Shown: positions 62,054 to 64,000 of the stretch, piece after piece
Position numbering within the stretch: position 1 is the first letter of the stretch
Layout of the letters: the number at the start of each line of letters is the position of its first letter
Notes under the pieces: generated by a model
The model's database searches: none
What the model was told of the DNA's origin: nothing
What the model saw: the letters and a program-made list of their open reading frames with translations, nothing else
Assembly: GCA_964016885.1 (NCBI GenBank)
Contig: OZ024743.1
Coordinates: forward strand, 3,038,001-3,102,000
Direction of reading: 5' to 3'
From: Eledone cirrhosa
Taxonomy: Eukaryota
Length of the DNA stretch: 64,000 bases
Position numbers and translations under genes: made by a program

Positions 62054-63944
62054 GCAGCAGCACTGTTTTAACATTCTTTCGTGTTATACTACAGTAACTG
62101 GTATTATCACTTCATCCAAGTGATACTTCACAATCTATTAGCATTGAAGCAATGATCATGAAGACCATTCTCTGCTGGACTGGACACATAATCCACATAG
62201 GTAAGTCCTGATTGCCAAGGATAGTGCTTTATGATGAACTAACTGGTTTCTCATCAATATAGTGGTCCTAAGAAGCATTGGAAAGACCAGTTGAAGTGCA
62301 TGCTCACAGCCCGTGCAATTCCTGCTGAGGATTTTGAAGGACTCGCTGCATATCAGAAAAGGTAGAAGAGAGTTGTATATAATGGTGTGCAACAATTTGA
62401 AGCTGAACACACAAGGCAATGGGATGTTCAAAAGGCAACCTGGCACCATTGTCAAATTTGGCCATTCAACAGTAACAATGTGGTTTTACATTCATGTCCA
62501 GTTTGTTCCTTGGATCTGTCTTTCATATATTAGATGTACATCACAACTGTATGCTCATGAGAAGTATGGTTAAGATATCTGATCAAAAAAAGCAACATCA
62601 TCTATGGACAGCCAGCAATAGCAGCATTGATACTCATCTTCATCTGTTATATTGTTGACAGTGGAATTTTATCATTCATCACATCCCATTTGATTAGCAT
62701 CATCATAATGAAAGTGCCTTCTTCATACACTGGTTGATAACCAGCTTCTCTGTTAGTTCAATTTGTACTCAATCTTTTATGCAAGTTAGCATTAAGCATT
62801 CAACATACTCTCCATATTTCTCTTCTACATTCAAGATTCCTGTCTCATTACTATACATCATACTCCTGTGCCTTAGTCATTAACAGGAACGCCAACTATT
62901 TGATCTTCTCTCACCTCTTCCACAGCACTAATTAGATCACCTTGGTAACAATCTACAAACTACATCTAGCAAAGCATCTAAGACATACACCAACTGTTAG
63001 CTATTCCTTTACTTTTAAAGTGTTGCAGCGTTTGATAATAGTTCTACTTATTTAAAATGTCTTACAGGTGTGTGGGGCAAAGGCCTGTGAAATTTGTAAA
63101 AAGACATTTGAAAGGCGAAATAAACTGAATTATAGTAAAGGAGTACTTAATTACTGTACAATTTATAGTAAAGAATATTTCATGTAAGGAGTATAATATG
63201 GATTTAAACTTAAACTTATGCTGCTTTACAATTTGTGGATTTACAACCACCTTACAAGGTGAACTGGGTGCTTCTTGTAATGTCACCAGCACAACCATCA
63301 TTCAGGTTTAGATTAGGTGATTTATTTTTCTTTTGTCGCCAACATGACCATGCTAAACGGTGGACAGAGAGCCCCTTGTCACCAGCATGACCAGCTTACA
63401 GTCCACCCTGTAAGCTGGTGGCACCAGATCACCATACATGGTGGACTAACATGTAATTACTTTTTCTGGGAGAGGTGCATCTCTCCATTTTTTTAAGTAG
63501 GGTACGGTTCTTTGTATGCCTAACCACTGAGCAATGAGGTCACTGTTAACATAAAGCACAAATATCACTGCCTGCATTGTCGAATGCAAAGTGAAGAGAC
63601 AAATACAGACATACGTGTACACATATACATCAATCCACACACACACACTTCATCACCATATATATATAATGTGAGTGTGGAGATATAAGGCAAAAAGGGA
63701 CAATGATAGTAAACCAAAATTCCAGGCATGGAGGAAGAATTTGGAATCGAGGTATTGGTATGTTTTTGGAATTTCAAGTTGAAGGCAATGTGGGTTTTGG
63801 TATGGAGATGAAGGTTGTTAATCTTATCGAAAGACATCATGGGGCTATTTCTGACAAAAAAAATGTTGAGTTTTTAGCAGTCAAAAGTTAATGGTTTCTA
63901 ACATAGGCACAGGGGCAGTTTTTGGAGAGGGGAAATAAATTATA

Positions 63945-64000
63945 TCGATTCTGGTACTTGACTGGTTCTTTATTTTATCGACCTAAGAAAGATGAAAGGC
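63945..64000 (-). mobile_element. CORE-type SINE fragment; a related decayed piece lies at ~59955-60035 on the + strand
   Basis: Minus strand gcctttcatc...gtcgataaaataaagaaccagt...gtaccag resembles cephalopod SINE bodies (recalled). Confidence 0.5.

Overview
Eukaryotic, AT-rich, microsatellite-dense DNA made almost entirely of repeats and transposons. The SINE/LINE types and the long single-exon C2H2 zinc-finger array suggest a cephalopod (Octopus-like) genome; this is an inference. The window opens with a 6.3 kb (TGTCAG/TGATAG)n satellite. Non-LTR elements: one intact, TSD-flanked RTE LINE with three C-terminal C2H2 fingers (30195-35275); about ten copies of a second RTE-type family with a PHD-like insert, (GAT)n tails and a preference for (TA)n sites; decayed R4/Dong-like, CR1-like and Penelope elements. 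LTR-derived pieces: a non-autonomous element whose tRNA-Trp primer-binding site extends to 32 nt and carries an apparent m1A58 read-through mark; a solo LTR with a perfect 79-bp inverted repeat; a Gypsy gag-pro-RT fragment with an intact -1 frameshift signal. Also present: two well-formed hammerhead ribozymes, two Helitron-like elements, MITEs, SINEs, a 61-bp minisatellite split by a CR1, a 265-bp-arm foldback, and a 17-finger C2H2 gene with a 2-bp frameshift. All calls were made by eye without database searches, and boundaries of decayed elements are approximate.
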